64,000 nt of DNA, taken from the NCBI RefSeq assembly GCF_003334765.1, contig NZ_QOWT01000002.1; one strand, 5' to 3'. A model generated the notes under the pieces. That model made no database searches. It was given only the letters and a program-made list of their open reading frames with translations, and was not told the origin of the DNA. Positions 42,165 to 53,044 of the stretch are shown one piece after another. This DNA comes from Escherichia coli (lineage in GTDB: Bacteria > Pseudomonadota > Gammaproteobacteria > Enterobacterales > Enterobacteriaceae). Numbering within the stretch: position 1 is the stretch's first letter; the number at the start of each line of letters is the position of its first letter. Made by a program: the position numbers and the translations under genes.

Positions 42165-42713
42165 TCAGTTGAGCGCTTCCGGCCACGGGAACTGTTCCGC
42201 CGTAAGTTCCGGCGTGTGATAATAATTTTGTAGTGCTTTAATGAAGCGTGCCGGACGTTCCGGAATGCCATTTGTCAGATAATCCATCACCTGCGCATGT
42301 ACTCGCCGTTGAAACACCACACGATCCGGTTCGAAATCCCCTTCCAGATTGTCGCAACTGACGTTAAACGGATATCCCGCCGCCACACAGAACAACCAGT
42401 CGAGCGCCTGCGGCTTCACTTCAACATCTTCAAACTGGCTTTGCGTTTGGGCATCGCGTCCGTCCGGGCAATACCAGTAGCCGAAATCAACCAGCTCACG
42501 GCGCGCTTTCCCGGCAATACACCAGTGCGAAATCTCATGAATTGCGCTGGCATAAAAGCCATGAGCAAAGACGATTCGGTTATACGGTACTTCCGCATCA
42601 GCAGGAAGATAGATCGGTTCGTCGTCGCCTTTAATCAGACGGGTATTAAAATCATCGGCAAAGCAGCTATTAAAAATTTCAATCAACTGCTCGTAGTGGT
42701 GTGTACTGTTCAT
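42165..42713 (-). CDS. epmC: Elongation factor P hydroxylase EpmC (YfcM)
   Basis: ORF matches EpmC; 182 aa from MNSTHHYEQLIEIF (ATG 42711-42713); start overlaps the yfcA stop by 1 nt. The ORF extends 62 codons further upstream inside yfcA. Confidence 0.9.
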   Translation of the reverse strand: MNSTHHYEQLIEIFNSCFADDFNTRLIKGDDEPIYLPADAEVPYNRIVFAHGFYASAIHEISHWCIAGKARRELVDFGYWYCPDGRDAQTQSQFEDVEVKPQALDWLFCVAAGYPFNVSCDNLEGDFEPDRVVFQRRVHAQVMDYLTNGIPERPARFIKALQNYYHTPELTAEQFPWPEALN

Positions 42714-43522
42714 TAGTTCATCCCCAACCAGTGGAGGATCTCCTGTCCGTGGCTGTCGTAAAGTAATTTGGCACTCATCACCGCCGAGACGATAACAATC
42801 ATCGGGCGGATCAGCTTTTGTCCTTTGCTCAACACCAGTCGTGAACCCATGCGCGCGCCGAGGAACTGCCCCACCAGCATGACAAAGCCCGTCGCCCAAA
42901 TCACTTTGCCGCCGAGAATAAACAGCAGTAAACCGCCGATGTTTGACGTTGCGTTGAGTAATTTGGCGTGAGCCGTGGCTTTGGCGAGGTTAAATCCGCA
43001 CAGCGTAACGAAGGCCAGCGCGTAAAACGACCCGGCAGCCGGGCCAAAGAATCCATCATAAAAACCGACGCAGCCACCGGCTATTAACGCGAAGGGTAAA
43101 CCGTACATCCGGCGCTGGCGGTCTTCTTCACCTAGCTTTGGCATCAGCAAGAAATAGAGGCCGATACAAATTACCAGAATGGGCAAAATCTGCCGTAAGA
43201 CATCAGCCTGAACGTATTGCACCAGCAGTGCGCCGCTCATTGAGCCGACAAAGGTCATGGCGATATTGAGTTTCTGATCGCTTAAACTAACCACTTTGCG
43301 GCGAATAAAGTAGATAGTAGCGGAAATAGAGCCGCCGCAGGCTTGCAGTTTATTGGTTGCCAGCGCATTAGCGGGAGACATCCCCGCTGCCATCAATGCC
43401 GGAATGGTGAGTAACCCACCGCCACCGGCAATCGAGTCGATAAATCCCGCCAGCATGGCGACAAAAAAGAGAACTCCCAGCAACAGCGGGGAAACCATAA
43501 ACAGGCTATTAAACGTTTCCAT
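42713..43522 (-). CDS. yfcA: TauE/SafE-family membrane protein YfcA
   Basis: 269-aa polytopic ORF matching YfcA; start overlaps the mepA stop by 1 nt. Confidence 0.93.
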   Translation of the reverse strand: METFNSLFMVSPLLLGVLFFVAMLAGFIDSIAGGGGLLTIPALMAAGMSPANALATNKLQACGGSISATIYFIRRKVVSLSDQKLNIAMTFVGSMSGALLVQYVQADVLRQILPILVICIGLYFLLMPKLGEEDRQRRMYGLPFALIAGGCVGFYDGFFGPAAGSFYALAFVTLCGFNLAKATAHAKLLNATSNIGGLLLFILGGKVIWATGFVMLVGQFLGARMGSRLVLSKGQKLIRPMIVIVSAVMSAKLLYDSHGQEILHWLGMN

Positions 43523-44346
43523 TAGATCACGTGCTCATCCAGTAGCGCCTGGCAGGAAGGCGGCAACGGAGGCGGTGTCTTCTTCTCAGGCTTTGTTGTT
43601 CCCGGTTTTGGAGGTTCAAACCAGCTTTGCAGTTCTGCCCCGCAACCATCGCCTGATGGCGGTAAAGGTTGATCTTCACACTCCAGACTATCGGCAGGGC
43701 AACGTAATCGTACATGCATATGCGCGCGATGCTGGAACCAGGGTCGCACTTTGCGCAACCAGTCGCGATCGGTGCCCGCATCAAGGCAAAGTTGTTGTTT
43801 AATCGCCGGATTAACAAAAATGCGCGTGACGTCTTTGTCCTGGGCGGCGAGTTTGATCAAGCTGAAAATTTCTGGCTTCCACAGCGTGGAGACAACGTGT
43901 TTACCGTCGCGGGAAACTAAGTCCAGTGCTTGCGGGCGCAAGAGCTGCGCGGAGGTCCAGCGAGTTTTCGGCAGTTGCAGAAAGATATCGACATCCAGTC
44001 CGGTCTGGTGGCTGGCATGACCGCCGTTGAAACGCCCACCAGCGGGCATCCCCATATCGCCAATCAGCACCGTACCCATGCCCAGATTGCTCACCTGGCT
44101 ACTCAGACGCTGGATAAACATCACCAGATCCGGGTGACCGAAATAGCGACGCTGATCGGTACGCATGACCTGATAATGTTCGGACTGTATCGGCAGCGTG
44201 TCAGCGCCGACAATACAGCCATTAGAAAAACTGCCTATCGATTGTGCGCTACCCGGCACAGGTTGGGTTATTTTTTGCCACGGCGTCGCTGCCAGGCTGG
44301 CGCTACTGGCAAGCAGAGCCAGCAGCGCAATCGCGGTTTTATTCAT
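43522..44346 (-). CDS. mepA: Penicillin-insensitive murein DD-endopeptidase MepA
   Basis: 274-aa ORF with signal peptide matching MepA. Confidence 0.95.
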
Positions 44347-44349
44347 TTT

Positions 44350-45435
44350 TTACCAGCGTGGAATATCAGTCTTCACATCGGCATTTTGCGCCCGTTGCCG
44401 TAACAGGTGATCCATTAAAACGATCGCCAGCATCGCTTCTGCGATCGGCACTGCGCGGATCCCGACACAGGGATCGTGACGGCCTTTGGTGATCATCTCA
44501 ACTTCTTCGCCAAAGCGGTTAATGGTACGACCCGGCACGGTAATGCTGGAGGTCGGTTTCAGCGCCATATGGGCAATGATTTGCTGCCCGCTGCTGATAC
44601 CGCCGAGAATGCCGCCCGCATGGTTGCTCTGGAAACCGTCTTTGGTGATTTCATCGCGGTTCTGGCTGCCGCGCAGCGCCACCACGTCAAAGCCGTCGCC
44701 AATTTCCACGCCTTTCACCGCGTTGATGCTCATCAGCGCATGGGCGATGTCAGCATCCAGGCGGTCAAAGACCGGCTCGCCAAGTCCGGCAGGAACGCCA
44801 CTGGCAACAACGGTGACTTTAGCGCCGATGGAGTCGCCCTCTTTTTTCAGCGCACGCATCAACTCGTCTAACGCGTCGATTTTGTCGGGGTCCGGGCAAA
44901 AAAACGGATTTTGCTCGACCTGCGACCAGTCTTTGATATCCAGCGGAATGTCGCCCATCTGGGTCAGGCAGCCACGGATTTCAATACCAAATTTCTCGGC
45001 GAGATATTTTTTGGCAATAGCTCCTGCCGCCACGCGCATGGCGGTTTCGCGGGCGGAAGAACGTCCACCGCCGCGATAATCGCGCAGACCGTATTTTTGT
45101 TCGTAGGTGTAATCGGCATGGCCTGGACGGAAAACGTCCTTAATCGCACTGTAATCCTGAGAGCGCTGGTCAGTGTTTTCGATCAACAAGCCAATGCTGG
45201 TGCCGGTAGTAACGCCTTCAAAAACACCGGAGAGAATTTTGACCTGATCCGGCTCGCGGCGCTGGGTGGTATAGCGCGATGTCCCAGGGCGACGACGGTC
45301 GAGGTCATGTTGCAGGTCCGCTTCCGTCAGCGGAATGCCTGGCGGAACACCATCGACGATGCAGCCGAGCGCCAGCCCGTGCGATTCGCCGAAGGTGGTT
45401 ACGCGAAAGAGTTGTCCAATTGTGTTTCCAGCCAT
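44350..45435 (-). CDS. aroC: Chorismate synthase
   Basis: ORF matches AroC; 361 aa from [10 protein letters not shown] (ATG 45433-45435). Confidence 0.96.
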   Translation of the reverse strand: MAGNTIGQLFRVTTFGESHGLALGCIVDGVPPGIPLTEADLQHDLDRRRPGTSRYTTQRREPDQVKILSGVFEGVTTGTSIGLLIENTDQRSQDYSAIKDVFRPGHADYTYEQKYGLRDYRGGGRSSARETAMRVAAGAIAKKYLAEKFGIEIRGCLTQMGDIPLDIKDWSQVEQNPFFCPDPDKIDALDELMRALKKEGDSIGAKVTVVASGVPAGLGEPVFDRLDADIAHALMSINAVKGVEIGDGFDVVALRGSQNRDEITKDGFQSNHAGGILGGISSGQQIIAHMALKPTSSITVPGRTINRFGEEVEMITKGRHDPCVGIRAVPIAEAMLAIVLMDHLLRQRAQNADVKTDIPRW

Positions 45436-45469
45436 CACGGCTCCGTTATTGTTGTGTTTGCGTGTTTAC

Positions 45470-46402
45470 TTAATCTTTATAAATCGCGAAATGTTCTCGT
45501 GCGGCAATAAGCTGCTCTTTGGTGAGCATAAACACACCATCGCCGCCGTTATCAAACTCCAGCCAGGTGAACGGAACATCCGGATATTGTTCCATAAGAT
45601 GTACCATGCTGTTGCCGACTTCACAAATCAACACGCCATCATCAGCAAGGTAATCTGCCGCGTTACCGAGAATGCGACGCGTCAGTTTCAGGCCGTCAGT
45701 GCCAGATGCCAGGCCCAGTTCCGGCTCGTGGCGGTATTCGTTTGGCAGGTCGGACATATCTTCCGCATCGACATACGGCGGGTTAGTGACAATCAGGTCG
45801 TACTGCACTTTCGGCAAGTCGCGGAACAGATCGGAACGAATCGGAATGACGTTGTGGATCAGACCGTGTTCTTCGATGTTCTGTTCAGCAACCGCCAGCG
45901 CGTCTGGAGAGATATCCACCGCGTCGACTTCTGCATCCGGGAAGGCATAAGCACAGGCAATGGCGATGCAGCCGCTACCAGTACACATATCTAAAATATG
46001 CTGCGGTTGCTTGCTGATAAGTCCGGCAAATTTATTGTTGATCAGTTCACCAATCGGCGAGCGCGGCACCAGCACGCGTTCATCGACGTAAAATTCATGG
46101 CCGCAGAACCACGCTTTGTTGGTCAGGTAAGCCACCGGAATGCGTTCATTGACGCGGCGGATCACGCGTTCAACAATACGGTGTTTTTCGCTGGAGGTCA
46201 GACGCGCGGTGCGCATATCTTCCGGAATATCCAGCGGCAGGTAGAGCGAAGGCAACACCAGCTGTACGGCTTCATCCCACGGGTTATCGGTACCGTGACC
46301 GTACCAGATATTTGCCGCGCTGAAGCGGCTCACCGACCAGCGCAACATGTCCTGAATGGTTTGCAGCTCATTTACTGCTTCATCAACGAAAATTTTATCC
46401 AC
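45470..46402 (-). CDS. prmB: Ribosomal protein L3 glutamine N5-methyltransferase PrmB
   Basis: ORF matches PrmB; 310 aa from the GTG at 46400-46402 ([13 protein letters not shown]...); NPPY methyltransferase motif present. The ORF is open a further 111 codons upstream without a recognisable protein. Confidence 0.9.
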
Positions 46403-46567
46403 GTATTCCTCCAGGGCATGATCGCAATAATTTCGGCGGCTAGTTTGCCATGAAGATGACGATAAATCAGCATTCACGCGCGGTGAGTGAGGAAAAATAC
46501 GTTTAAAACGATCGATTGCGCTACGAGTCGGGTAAACTGTAGGAAAATTAGAAATAGAGACAGATAA

Positions 46568-47119
46568 ATGAAAAAGAAAACAACACTTAGCGAGGAGGAC
46601 CAGGCTCTGTTTCGCCAGTTGATGGCGGGGACTCGCAAGATTAAGCAGGACACGATTGTCCACCGACCGCAGCGTAAAAAAATCAGCGAAGTGCCGGTGA
46701 AACGCTTGATCCAGGAGCAGGCTGATGCCAGCCATTATTTCTCCGATGAGTTTCAGCCGTTATTAAATACCGAAGGTCCGGTGAAATATGTTCGCCCGGA
46801 TGTCAGCCATTTTGAGGCGAAGAAACTGCGCCGTGGCGATTATTCGCCGGAGTTGTTTTTGGATTTACACGGTCTGACGCAGCTGCAGGCCAAGCAGGAA
46901 CTGGGGGCGTTGATTGCCGCCTGCCGCCGTGAACATGTGTTTTGCGCCTGCGTGATGCATGGGCACGGGAAGCATATTTTGAAGCAACAAACACCGCTGT
47001 GGCTGGCACAACATCCGCATGTGATGGCCTTTCATCAGGCACCAAAAGAGTATGGCGGTGATGCGGCGTTGTTGGTGTTGATTGAAGTCGAAGAGTGGCT
47101 GCCGCCGGAGTTGCCCTGA
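46568..47119 (+). CDS. smrB: Smr-domain ribosome-rescue endonuclease SmrB (YfcN)
   Basis: 183-aa ORF matching SmrB; C-terminal Smr domain. Confidence 0.93.
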
Positions 47120-47152
47120 GGAGTTGAGCGCGTTGCGCCAGGTACGGGTAAT

Positions 47153-47174
47153 GGCAGGGGCGAATGCCCCTGCC
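47153..47174. terminator. GC-rich hairpin between convergent smrB and yfcO (no strong U-tract)
   Basis: ggcagggg-cgaat-gcccctgcc perfect 8-bp stem. Confidence 0.45.
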
Positions 47175-47189
47175 TGGTGTATCTAAGGG

Positions 47190-48011
47190 CTACAACTCAT
47201 TCAGTATGTACTGGAACCGGCAAGTAGAATCGATTGGCTGCATACTGCTGGTATCAACACGCACGACCATATCGTGTAACTGTTTGTCCGTTATAGGGTG
47301 TCGATTTGGCGTGACCGAGACTTCCGCCTTGTCACATCCCGACGCGGTAAAAGTTATCATCTGTGCAACCCAGCGGCAGTAACCACCTGTTTCATTCATC
47401 TGCGTACTGTCGCACAACTTCCCATCTTTCATCAAATACGTTGAAAGCGTTTTCTCAACCACACCGCCCGTCGACTGCAGGGTGAGCAGTTTTGACTTAC
47501 TGACATAATTCTCATTCCATGAAACGTCATAAGGTTGAACAGAAACGGATGGACAAATCGTGTCGTGACTATCAGGCCCCTGATACGTCACGCCCCCTGG
47601 AGAGGCTTCAGAGTCATTCATAATAACCAACCATGGACAAGAAAAGTAAGATTCAATCTCTGCAGAGACAATAACCTCAAATGTATAATACCCGCAGTTC
47701 CACCCAGACGGTAATCCAGGACAACTTGCTTTGTTGATATTTTGATGGTAGCCAATCAGCTTAACCGAAGGGGCAGGAGGAGGACCACTCCAGCTCACAT
47801 TTTGCAATATTTCCCCAGTCATGAGCCATTGACTACTTTTATATTCACCAACGTACACTGCGGATGGCATCATTATTTTTAAATTAAAAGTCGCAATATT
47901 ACGCGAATCACCGTTGTAACCGTAGTAAACGTCAACGCTATGCCCGGCAGCCATAGCTTCTGTAGTAGCAATAAGCATGACCAGAGCGAACAACCATCGT
48001 AGTATTTTCAT
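47190..48011 (-). CDS. yfcO: Fimbrial-operon protein YfcO (DUF2544; candidate tip adhesin)
   Basis: ORF matches YfcO; 273 aa from the ATG at 48009-48011; signal peptide; last gene of the yfc fimbrial operon. Confidence 0.9.
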   Translation of the reverse strand: MKILRWLFALVMLIATTEAMAAGHSVDVYYGYNGDSRNIATFNLKIMMPSAVYVGEYKSSQWLMTGEILQNVSWSGPPPAPSVKLIGYHQNINKASCPGLPSGWNCGYYTFEVIVSAEIESYFSCPWLVIMNDSEASPGGVTYQGPDSHDTICPSVSVQPYDVSWNENYVSKSKLLTLQSTGGVVEKTLSTYLMKDGKLCDSTQMNETGGYCRWVAQMITFTASGCDKAEVSVTPNRHPITDKQLHDMVVRVDTSSMQPIDSTCRFQYILNEL

Positions 48012-48012
48012 T

Positions 48013-48552
48013 TTAAATATACTCAAATGTCGCAGTTAAAGAGGCGGTAAATTCACCGATCGTCACATCACGGCCGCTTTTCGCCTGTAGCCAGGCTCTG
48101 AAATTGATATCGTTATTGCCATTGGTTAGCGCAAAGGTCGCCCCATTTGTATTGTTGATGGCAACCTGCATTCCGTCGGTTTTTTCCATGCCAATTCCCA
48201 CTCCCTGAGCGGTTGATGACGTATCCAGTGCCAGAAAACCGGGTTGTTCGCTGTCTTCTACCCCCGTGAGCGTGACTTTTACGTTGTATCCCGCCGGCCC
48301 TTTGCAATCTTTCAGCTTAAAGACTACGGGTACACGAGCGGACTGGCCTGCAACGTTCAAATCCTGACGACTGACCGTGGGAAAGCGCACCTCTGCCAGA
48401 TATTGGCCATCCACCACCAGCGCACAGGATTTACTTAATAAATTACCGGAGAAATGCAGATTATTATCTGCCGCGAATAACGTGCTACTCATTGCCAATA
48501 TCAGCCCCGCTAACAGGACGTAACCACCGGACTGAATCATTGATTTATTCAT
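48013..48552 (-). CDS. yfcP: Fimbrial-like subunit YfcP
   Basis: 179-aa ORF with signal peptide matching YfcP; FimA-like C-terminal beta strand. Confidence 0.92.
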   Translation of the reverse strand: MNKSMIQSGGYVLLAGLILAMSSTLFAADNNLHFSGNLLSKSCALVVDGQYLAEVRFPTVSRQDLNVAGQSARVPVVFKLKDCKGPAGYNVKVTLTGVEDSEQPGFLALDTSSTAQGVGIGMEKTDGMQVAINNTNGATFALTNGNNDINFRAWLQAKSGRDVTIGEFTASLTATFEYI

Positions 48553-49037
48553 TGATAATCCACCCGTAATGTTGCGTAAGCCGAAAAATTCGTATCGCTT
48601 AACACAGCATCACTCGCTTTTACCGGTACGGCCTCCAGCTTCGGCTTTTGCGTAAAATCAGTGGCGTTGATAGCAAGCGGAGTATTGAGTTTAAAACGCT
48701 GACCATCGTGCTGAAGCTCGATACCAAAACCGGGTACATCAGTTTCAATTGCTGCATCATTAAAACTGGTTTGTGTACCAGTCCAGGTGAGGGTCATCTC
48801 CCAATCTGGATGACGGGTCGTCGAGTCACAAGTGAGTTCATATGGCACCTCTTTACGACCATAGTTGCCGTTGATGTCGTCGATAATGAGATCGCGAAAT
48901 TCGACTTCAATGGTTTTACCACCGCTGATGCTACAGGTTGGCGGTGACAATAATGTCCCGTGAAAGGTGATGTCTTCATCAGCAGCATGAGCTATGGCGC
49001 TACTGACACAAAGCAGGGTTAAGAAAGTCTTTCTCAT
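48549..49037 (-). CDS. yfcQ: Fimbrial-like subunit YfcQ
   Basis: 162-aa ORF with signal peptide matching YfcQ; start overlaps the yfcR stop (ATGA). Confidence 0.92.
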   Translation of the reverse strand: MRKTFLTLLCVSSAIAHAADEDITFHGTLLSPPTCSISGGKTIEVEFRDLIIDDINGNYGRKEVPYELTCDSTTRHPDWEMTLTWTGTQTSFNDAAIETDVPGFGIELQHDGQRFKLNTPLAINATDFTQKPKLEAVPVKASDAVLSDTNFSAYATLRVDYQ

Positions 49038-49546
49038 TGATAGTCCACCACCATGGTCAAACTGGCGTTAAACTCGCCCGCAGCAAGTTGCGCCCCGCTT
49101 GCCTTCACAGGTACAGCCTTCAACTGTGGCTGGTTATTGATATTAAATGGCGTCCAGCTATTTTCACCGACGGCAAACAATGAGTTATCGGCGCTATTTT
49201 CTATCCGAATGCCCAGCCCGGTGATATTGGTACTGAGTACCGTTTCGCCGTTAATCGTTGAGGTATTGCCCTTAAGTTGCATCCGCAAGTCGTTAGCAAG
49301 ACTGTTTGTGCAGTTCAACGTGTATTTCGCATCTTGCCGATAATTGGTGCCATCAACGTTATCAGCAATCATATTGCCGAACTCTACCTGGCTGCCCTTG
49401 ATTGAACAGGGTGGCGGAGCATCGACCAACACGCGCAGAATTAAATCCACGGGTTTACTACCAGCCATAGCAGATAAACTACAGACACTGCATACCAGCA
49501 GCCCTGCGCCCACTACAAACTTTTGACTCATAACTCCCCCCGTCAT
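49034..49546 (-). CDS. yfcR: Fimbrial-like subunit YfcR
   Basis: 170-aa ORF with signal peptide matching YfcR. Confidence 0.92.
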   Translation of the reverse strand: MTGGVMSQKFVVGAGLLVCSVCSLSAMAGSKPVDLILRVLVDAPPPCSIKGSQVEFGNMIADNVDGTNYRQDAKYTLNCTNSLANDLRMQLKGNTSTINGETVLSTNITGLGIRIENSADNSLFAVGENSWTPFNINNQPQLKAVPVKASGAQLAAGEFNASLTMVVDYQ

Positions 49547-50298
49547 CAGCCTTTGCGGCTCTGCTCTTCATCCACCTGGCAGCTGTTGCCATTGCACTGG
49601 AAGAACAGCGGCATCCGTGCGCCAAAGTCGTTGACGTAAGTCAGCACCGGTACGCTATCCATTTTCACATTCAGCGGTACCGTGGTTTTCGGCTCAATGA
49701 CCAGAGGCGAGAACCCTGCAGCTGGATTACCGTTTTTCTGCGCACTGGCGTTGCTGATAATCACGTAGTACGGCGTTGGGTTATTGACGGTAAATGCCTG
49801 ACCGCTGCGGGTGAGCGTCACCTTGTGCTGCCACGGACTTTTCATACTGACCTTTTCCAGCGCCTTTGGTCGCCAGAACAACTTGATACGCGTTTGCAGC
49901 GCGATTTGCAGGGTATTGGGTTTGTTTGATTTTGGCGGGATCTCGCGCACGTTAAAGTAGAACATGCTTTCACGATCGGCTGGCAATTTGTTGATATCCG
50001 GCATTCCCTGCACTTTTACCTGCCCGTTCATCATTGAATCGATGCGTTGCACTGGCGGCAGCACAGTTAACGGCGAGGTGATCTTGTTACCCTTTTCATC
50101 TTCAATCCAGCTTTGAGCCAGATAAGGGAGTTTCGGATCGTTATTACGCAGCGTCACGCTGATTGATTTGTCGCTTTCATTAAATATCAAACGGGTACGA
50201 TCTGGCGTTACAGACGCCAGGGCAGACAAACTGGTAGCGCTAAGCAGTAACGCCAGCGTCATAGCACCCAATTTGGCAGAGCAAAGTAAATCAGACAT
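49546..50298 (-). CDS. yfcS: Periplasmic fimbrial chaperone YfcS (PapD-like)
   Basis: 250-aa ORF with signal peptide matching YfcS. Confidence 0.93.
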   Translation of the reverse strand: MSDLLCSAKLGAMTLALLLSATSLSALASVTPDRTRLIFNESDKSISVTLRNNDPKLPYLAQSWIEDEKGNKITSPLTVLPPVQRIDSMMNGQVKVQGMPDINKLPADRESMFYFNVREIPPKSNKPNTLQIALQTRIKLFWRPKALEKVSMKSPWQHKVTLTRSGQAFTVNNPTPYYVIISNASAQKNGNPAAGFSPLVIEPKTTVPLNVKMDSVPVLTYVNDFGARMPLFFQCNGNSCQVDEEQSRKG

Positions 50299-50317
50299 GG
50301 ATCATTCCTTAATCACG

Positions 50318-52963
50318 TTATTGGTTAGCTGAAACAGAAACAGGGGGATCGGTGGGTGTCACCTGTTGCGTCTGCTCCTGAATGACAGGCTTTATGTCAT
50401 CAGGAACAACCGGCGCGACGTTGCCTTTATGCTGGCATGGCAGTAACAAGCCGTTAAACAGATCGGCAGGCAGCGGGTCCGGCAGGTTGATATCGCAATG
50501 CGCAACACCACTCCAGAACACACTCATATGTTCGCCAGGTTTCACCCCAGCCAGATAGACACTACCGTCATCATCGACAAGGCCCACTGTCTGCTCGTTA
50601 TCATTTTTTACTTCTGCGCCAAACGGTGGATGGCTGCCATCTTGTAAACGCAGCACCGCCATCGCTTTTTGACCACTGATGACGGCAAATTTGCGGTAGC
50701 CAATGGCTCCTTCAGTTAGCGTGGCTTGCACCACCGACTGGGTTGCTTCGGCGTTTTCCGGCAATTTGTTGAGGTCGATATACGCCTGATTGCGATAATA
50801 ATTGTTAACGTCAGAAACGACGGCTTTACCAAACATATTGGTATAAACAGCAGCCCCGTTACCTTCCACCGGAACATCGGCAACGCCATCGGCATCAATC
50901 AGCAGGCGTGTCCCGCCCATATTCTGGGTACGGTGAAGTGCGCCGCCGTGGGTAGTAAGCGTTGCGCCGCCCTGTAACGACAAGCCCGCAGAGGTGTATT
51001 GCCCTTCATGGTAGTTCGCACTGAGGTCAACCTGCGCCAGCGAACCATCATGGCTGTAGTAGCCATCAACGCTGGTGTGTTTGTCACTGGTGCCGATGTT
51101 CAACTGATAGTGAGTCGCGTCATCGACACGGCTAAAATAACCGACCTGGCTGCTGTCCGTCCCACTGCCATAGTTGCCGTTATAGCTAACGGTACTGTTG
51201 TCGCCCCACGGCATACTGAGCGAAATGTACATGCCCTTATCCGCCCGGTTGTCATACTCGTAGCGGTAGCCAGTCAGGGAAACGCTCATATTACGAATGC
51301 TGCCCATATTGAAATAGTGGGAGAGCATGATGTTGTAGTTTGTCTGCTCCTCACGATCCCAGTAGGTATGGCGGGTATAGTTGAGATAAACCGAAACACC
51401 CGCATCGCGGAAGTTCTGGTTATAAGTGGCGGTGTACATCTCTTTGTCGTTGCCCGTACGGACCATTTCGCTGTCACTGGCATCCAGATACTCGCTCATG
51501 GTCATAAAGTTCTCTTCCGAGAAGCGATATCCAGCGAAAGTGACGCGGCTGTTGAGCTGGTCAAAGTCTTTGGAATAACTCACACGGAAGGAGTTACCGT
51601 CCAGCGAACCTTTGCCATAAGCGGTGTCTTTATCCAGTTTGGTATGCGAATGAGTAACATCAAACGCGACCGCGCCGAAGGTAGACAAATCGCGACCGAC
51701 GCCCAGCGCCGCAGACTGATAGTTTTCATCACCCAGCGCACCGCCATATAACGACCAGCCGTTAGCGATGCCCCAGGAGGCTTCAGCACCAGAGAAAAAT
51801 CCCCCCTCGACATGGTGGCCCCACTCTTGCGGACGTCCCATCATGATCTTATAGCGAACCTGGCCTGGGCGAGTGAGGTATGGCATCGAGGCGGTGCTGA
51901 TGTCATATTCCTGCACCTGGCCGTTCTGTTCTTCAATGCGAATATGCAACGTACCGGAGACGGAATCACCAAGATCCTGAATACGAAACGGTCCAGCCGG
52001 AACCTGCGTTTCGTAAATCACACGCCCCATCTGGCTGACGGTCACTTTTGCTGTGGTGTGTGCCACGCCGGAAATGTCTGGCGCGTAGCCGCGCAGATTG
52101 GGAGGCAACATTTGATCGTCAGTGCTGACACTGCCACCAACATAATTAAAACCGTCGAAAATATCGGAATTGAGGTAATCTTCGCCCAGCGCCAGTTTGG
52201 CTTTTAATGACGGTAACGCCCGCCAGGCATAATAGCGACTCCACTCCCATTTTTTTTGTGTGTCATCGCCGCCAAATTCATCGTCATCATCATTACTGCG
52301 CGTATGTTGATAGTTGGTCTGCCAGTCAGCGCGCATACGCCATGGCCCCAGGTTAACCCCGACCGTCCCGTTGCCGCTGATCTCGTTACTGTCATCGCCG
52401 CCATTTTCTTCGTGTCGTGTTTGCGCAGTGATGCTGTAGTCCGCAATGATCCCGGAGATGCCATCATCCCAACGAGAAGGTGGATCCCAGTCGGGCCAGG
52501 TATATTCGAGGTAAGCCTGCGGTAGTGAAATGACTAATGCGGACTGGCTTAAATCAGCCTTAATTTCCACGCCTTCCAGTTGACCGGGCTTCAGGCATTT
52601 ACCATCGTGGCTCCATTGCAGATTTTTCGCCACGTCTTCTTTTAAACCAAACTGCGCCACCAGTTCCGGTGTCAGACAAGCATAGCTTTTGCTAACGTCA
52701 TCTTCACCAGCATACCAGTAAATATCGTACTCTTCCGCCAATGGCTGTTTATTTAGTTGAACCTGTAAATTGTATTTTCCGGGCTCAACATACCCCTGGC
52801 TGGAAAAACGCTTCAGATCAATTTTTGTGTCGCCTTTTAATTCCAGAAAACGGGAATCAAACTGAATGTCGTCTTCAGCCCAGACACTGCTATAACTCCC
52901 TGACATTGCCAGCGCAATGCACCACGGAAGAATCCGTAATCGAAAAAGAGAATGGTCAGGCAT
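50318..52963 (-). CDS. yfcU: Outer-membrane fimbrial usher YfcU (PapC/FimD family), apparently intact
   Basis: Uninterrupted 881-aa ORF with a signal peptide and usher-like sequence throughout. From memory, the K-12 MG1655 reference annotates this gene as a disrupted pseudogene (yfcT/yfcU); here the reading frame is continuous. Confidence 0.88.
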   Translation of the reverse strand: MPDHSLFRLRILPWCIALAMSGSYSSVWAEDDIQFDSRFLELKGDTKIDLKRFSSQGYVEPGKYNLQVQLNKQPLAEEYDIYWYAGEDDVSKSYACLTPELVAQFGLKEDVAKNLQWSHDGKCLKPGQLEGVEIKADLSQSALVISLPQAYLEYTWPDWDPPSRWDDGISGIIADYSITAQTRHEENGGDDSNEISGNGTVGVNLGPWRMRADWQTNYQHTRSNDDDDEFGGDDTQKKWEWSRYYAWRALPSLKAKLALGEDYLNSDIFDGFNYVGGSVSTDDQMLPPNLRGYAPDISGVAHTTAKVTVSQMGRVIYETQVPAGPFRIQDLGDSVSGTLHIRIEEQNGQVQEYDISTASMPYLTRPGQVRYKIMMGRPQEWGHHVEGGFFSGAEASWGIANGWSLYGGALGDENYQSAALGVGRDLSTFGAVAFDVTHSHTKLDKDTAYGKGSLDGNSFRVSYSKDFDQLNSRVTFAGYRFSEENFMTMSEYLDASDSEMVRTGNDKEMYTATYNQNFRDAGVSVYLNYTRHTYWDREEQTNYNIMLSHYFNMGSIRNMSVSLTGYRYEYDNRADKGMYISLSMPWGDNSTVSYNGNYGSGTDSSQVGYFSRVDDATHYQLNIGTSDKHTSVDGYYSHDGSLAQVDLSANYHEGQYTSAGLSLQGGATLTTHGGALHRTQNMGGTRLLIDADGVADVPVEGNGAAVYTNMFGKAVVSDVNNYYRNQAYIDLNKLPENAEATQSVVQATLTEGAIGYRKFAVISGQKAMAVLRLQDGSHPPFGAEVKNDNEQTVGLVDDDGSVYLAGVKPGEHMSVFWSGVAHCDINLPDPLPADLFNGLLLPCQHKGNVAPVVPDDIKPVIQEQTQQVTPTDPPVSVSANQ

Positions 52964-53044
52964 ACACGTTTTTATCCGTTTTTATTCTTGTTCGGTCAAA
53001 ATCCATTTAAATACCCCATAGCAGTGTCGCTATGGGGGTATGCC

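Noticed and set aside
45470-46735. N-terminal extensions of several ORFs in the track (prmB 421 vs 310 aa, epmC 244 vs 182, accD 332 vs 304, mnmC 688 vs 668)
   Set aside because: The extra upstream codons arise because the ORF track extends to the furthest in-frame start; I placed starts where the recognisable protein begins. The extensions are not treated as novel domains.
50999-51751. 250-aa ORF antisense to the usher gene yfcU
   Set aside because: Antisense shadow ORF inside a long usher gene.
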